Below are positions 60,775 through 64,000 of a DNA stretch of 64,000 nt, one piece after another (positions within the stretch are counted from its first letter, which is position 1; the number at the start of each line of letters is the position of its first letter). Position numbers and translations under genes: made by a program. Location of the stretch: assembly GCA_963751275.1 (NCBI GenBank), contig CAVVTZ010000007.1:320001-384000 (forward strand). Reading direction: 5' to 3'. The DNA comes from an uncultured Gemmatimonadaceae bacterium. GTDB lineage: Bacteria > Gemmatimonadota > Gemmatimonadetes > Gemmatimonadales > Gemmatimonadaceae. The notes below the pieces were generated by a model. The model was not told the DNA's origin and did not search any database. It saw only the letters and a program-made list of their open reading frames with translations.

Positions 60775-62980
60775 TCATTGCACATCCACGATGATCATGG
60801 CGACGACCGCCGCGGCGTCGCAAGGCGCGGCGCCGTCGCCGGCCGCGTGGATCGCACCGAATTCCGTGAGCGCGCGCAGCCACGCCTCATCGGCCAGCGG
60901 TGCGCCGGCCAGTGTCTCGAGGATGCGCTCGGCGCCGACGCCGAACGGCGTCGTCACCACGCGGCGCGCGCGGGCCGCGAGCGGCGCGATGAGCGCGCGC
61001 CGGTGGTGCGGGGCGCGCTGCGCGATCCCCGCGATGCGCCGCAGCGCGGAACGCCGCGAGGCGGCGCGGAAGATGGCGGCGCTGCCGACGGCGTGGGCCG
61101 CGCCGCGCCGCTCGAGCCAGCGCGCGGCCGCGGCGAGCGCCTGCTGGACCGCGGCGTGATCCACTGGCGCATCGCGCGCCGCCGCCGCGACGCCGGCCGC
61201 GGCGAGGAGCGCCTCCGGATCCTCGGAGAGGGCTCCGCCATCGCGTGCGGCGGCGAGCACGGCCGACTCGCCGTCGCGCGCGAGCACGATCAGGGCGCGC
61301 GCGCCGCCCACGCCCGCGCATACCGCCGGCGCTCGGGCGGGCGCGACGCTCGCGGCGCGCCACGCGCCGATGGCGTCGTGCAGCGACTGCAGTGTGCGCG
61401 CGGCAGCCGGGCCCGCGTCCGCCGGCGGCCCGAGCGATGGAAGGATCGCGCCCGCGATCCCGGTGACGCGGCCGGCCGCGCGCAGCTTCTCGTGCAGCCG
61501 CCGCTCCACTTCCAGCAGCCGCTCCGACGCGGCCGGCGGCGCGAACGCGTACACCGCGGTGCGTGCGTGCGGCGCGCCGAGGCGCCGCGAGCGGCCCACG
61601 CGCTGCTCGAGCCGGGCGGGCGTCCACGGGAGATCGAGAATGCACGACCACCGATGCGTCACCAAGGTCGAGTCCTTCGCTGAGCAGGTCGGTGGTGATC
61701 AGCAGATCGATCCGGTCGGCGGCGCGCGGCGCCGGCGCGCCGAGTGCGCGCGGCGCGAATCGGGCGAGCGCCTCCCGGCGCGAGAGCGTGCCGCCCGCTA
61801 CGCGCGCGCCGCGCGCCGTGAGCGCGGCCACTCCGCCGGTTGCCGCGAGCTCGCGGTAGTACGCGAGCGCCGTGTCCGCGAACTGCGTGAAGGCGACGAC
61901 GCGCTCACCCGGGTGGGCGCGCTGGATCTCGCGGAGCTGTGCGGCGCGCGCGGTGTCGACGGCCGGCTCCTCGCGGGCGCGGCGGGCGAGCGCGCGTAGG
62001 GCGGTCTCGTGCCGCCGGAGCGCCGCGAGCAGCGGCGCCGTGCCGGGATGCTCGCCGCTCACGAGCGAAGGGAAGGCGAGCTGGATCACGTCATCCGCGG
62101 CGGACCAGGCGGTGAGCTCCGTGCCGCTGGGATAGCAGCCTTCCTCCAGCGCGGCGCCGAGCGCCGCGGCGCGGCCGAGCCGGCGTCGCAGCGCACCCAG
62201 GAGCGCGGCGCGGCTCGACGCCCACTGGCGGGCGAGTCCCCACGCGACGAGCGCGCCGCCGTCGCCGCCATCCGATGGCGGCACCGGCGGCGGGAGCGCG
62301 ACGATGTCGCGGAGCACTTGCTCGTCATCGCCGGTCGCGATCCACCGCGGAGGCGCGAGCGCCGGGAGCGCGCCGGGCGCGAGATCCGCATGCGTGCGGC
62401 GCACCACGCATCGCGCGAGTTCCGCATCCTCCATCGCCCAGGCGCGCGCGCCGAGGAAGAGCGCGAGGATGGCGGCGAGATCATCGCGCGAGTTATGCAC
62501 GGGCGTGGCGGTGAGCGCGAGCACGCGGGCGCCGGTGGTGAGTCGCGCGAGCGCGGCATACCGGCGGGCGCCCGGCGTGCGCGCATGATGCGCCTCATCG
62601 AGCACGACGAGCGTGAACGCCCCGGCCGGCACGCGGCCGCGGCTGAGCGCGGTGTAGCTGGCGAACTCTGCCGTGGCGCCCGAGGCGGCGAGTGCGCGGC
62701 GCCACATGTCGCGCAACGAGGCGGGCGCCACGACGAGCGCACGCTCGGCATCGCGGATGAGCGCGGCGGCGACATAGGTCTTGCCGAGACCGACATCATC
62801 GGCGAGCAGCGCGCCGCCGGACGCATCGATCGTCGCGCGCAACCGCGCGACGGCCTCTCGCTGGTGCGGACGGAGCGTGATCGCGCCCGCGCGCTCGCGG
62901 GGCTGCGAAGGTTCCAGCCATTCGCGCGCGATCAGCGCGCGCACCGCGGCGAGCGGCGCGGCGGTCAGCGTGCGTTCCAT
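60775..62980 (-). CDS. SNF2-family helicase/ATPase (frameshift near 61640)
   Basis: LRPHQ, LLADDVGLGKT, VLDEAHH, LTATP, VVAFTQF, TDLLSEGLDL, DLPWTPARLEQRVGR. Confidence 0.88.
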
Positions 62981-64000
62981 CCGAGCAGCGGATCGAGGTC
63001 GGCGCGCCGCAGGCGAAAGGCGCGCACGGCGGCGTTCAGGAGCTCATCGGCGGTCACATCGCCATGCTCGGTCGCACGCTCGGCGAGGGGCGCGAGGATG
63101 TCGCGGGCGCGCGGCCAGTCGCGCGGGAGCGGCAGGAGCGAGACGGTCCACGCGAGAAAACGTTTGTACCCACCGCGCGCCGGCTCGGCGATCGCGCCCA
63201 GCCACGCGGCCGCGAGCGGAGAGTTCAGCAGTGCGGCGAGCGCGGCCGCATCGCGAGGATCCGCGCAGGGAAGCACGTAGCAGGAATTGAGCGCGACCGT
63301 CGTGTCGCCGGGCGGCAGGATGAGCGCGCGCGGCGCGCGGCCCATGTCCGCCCACACGACGCGCGTGACGTCGGAGCGCGCGCCGGCGACGCGGAAGAGC
63401 GTCCACCACGCCTGCGCGCGCCGCGCGTCGGAGCGGCGGGCGAGCTCGCGGCGCCAATGCGAGAACCAGTGCGCCGCATGCACCGGGAGGCGCGCGAGCG
63501 GCGCGCCGTCGCGGCCGTGCGTCCAGATCAGGAATTCCGCCGGACCCTCGGCGCTCCACGGCGTGACGTGCTCGCCGCGCAGGAGCGGGCGCAGCAGCGC
63601 GCGTTCGACCGCCCCGCGGCGCCCGCCGCTCCGCACTTCGGCGAGGCCATTCACGCCGCCCGCGAGCGAGACGACGAACGCGTCGTTGCATCCGCACTTC
63701 ACGCCGAGCAACGGCGAGCCCAGCGGCGAACTCGCGAGCGGGATGCCGGCGCGGGCGACGCGATCGAACGCCTCGCGCACGGGCGGCGGGAGCGCGAGCC
63801 ATGGGCTCGCCGGATCCCCGTCGAGCGCGAGCCGCTCCGCCGCGATCGGCCAGCGCAGGGTGCCGTGCTTGCCGTGGAACGCCGCCTCCACGGCGGGTGC
63901 ATGCACGCGAGCGCCGCCTTCGCGCCGGCGCGCCACGAGCTGCGAGGGATAGACCGCGGCGTCGAACGCATGCGGCGACTCGGTCCAATCCTCGAGCGCG
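62965..64000 (-). CDS. N6-adenine DNA methyltransferase (Eco57I/TaqI-like), C-terminal target-recognition part (runs off window end)
   Basis: AFDAAVYP, GVKCGCNDAF, RPLLRGEHV, VVWADMG, LNSCYVL, LAALLNSPL, RGGYKRF...LPLP match TaqI_C-type TRD motifs. The catalytic NPPY/W motif is not in the window. Confidence 0.7.
   Translation of the reverse strand, partial: ALEDWTESPHAFDAAVYPSQLVARRREGGARVHAPAVEAAFHGKHGTLRWPIAAERLALDGDPASPWLALPPPVREAFDRVARAGIPLASSPLGSPLLGVKCGCNDAFVVSLAGGVNGLAEVRSGGRRGAVERALLRPLLRGEHVTPWSAEGPAEFLIWTHGRDGAPLARLPVHAAHWFSHWRRELARRSDARRAQAWWTLFRVAGARSDVTRVVWADMGRAPRALILPPGDTTVALNSCYVLPCADPRDAAALAALLNSPLAAAWLGAIAEPARGGYKRFLAWTVSLLPLPRDWPRARDILAPLAERATEHGDVTADELLNAAVRAFRLRRADLDPLLGWNAR

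Overview
Very GC-rich bacterial chromosomal segment. Gene style (many Hanks kinases, BTAD-kinase-TPR fusion, M14/S9 peptidases, DUF885, BNR-repeat protein) suggests Gemmatimonadota (inference). About 45 CDS; no rRNA, tRNA, CRISPR array or transposase was recognised. About 15 otherwise intact genes carry single-base frameshifts, most likely uncorrected long-read/consensus errors. Recognisable content: lon, tandem membrane Ser/Thr kinases, a swivel-first fused aconitase-family dehydratase, two SF2 RNA helicases, ispH, sixA with a CHAD-CYTH fusion, xdhC-mocA, an ABC exporter, a radical SAM-imuA-imuB-dnaE2 cassette, an ECF sigma/anti-sigma/DUF4097 operon, and an N6-methyltransferase-SNF2 helicase pair. 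Most notable observations: (1) a BTAD-kinase-TM-TPR receptor followed by two paralogous exported proteins sharing an unannotated YPKL...DExIWVxCGRxCC signature, a candidate receptor/partner signalling system; (2) an Rdx/SelW selenoprotein (CxxU, in-frame UGA plus SECIS-like hairpin) missed by the ORF track; (3) a CCGAA-N6-CCGAA direct repeat filling the -35/-10 spacer of the mutagenesis operon, a candidate new SOS-type operator; (4) several unrelated long palindromic elements, one showing compensatory stem changes and one inserted in frame in dnaE2; (5) a secreted Tyr-Gly-Arg pentapeptide-repeat protein with no acidic residues; (6) an HrpA-like helicase whose motif Ia-like segment precedes Walker A.
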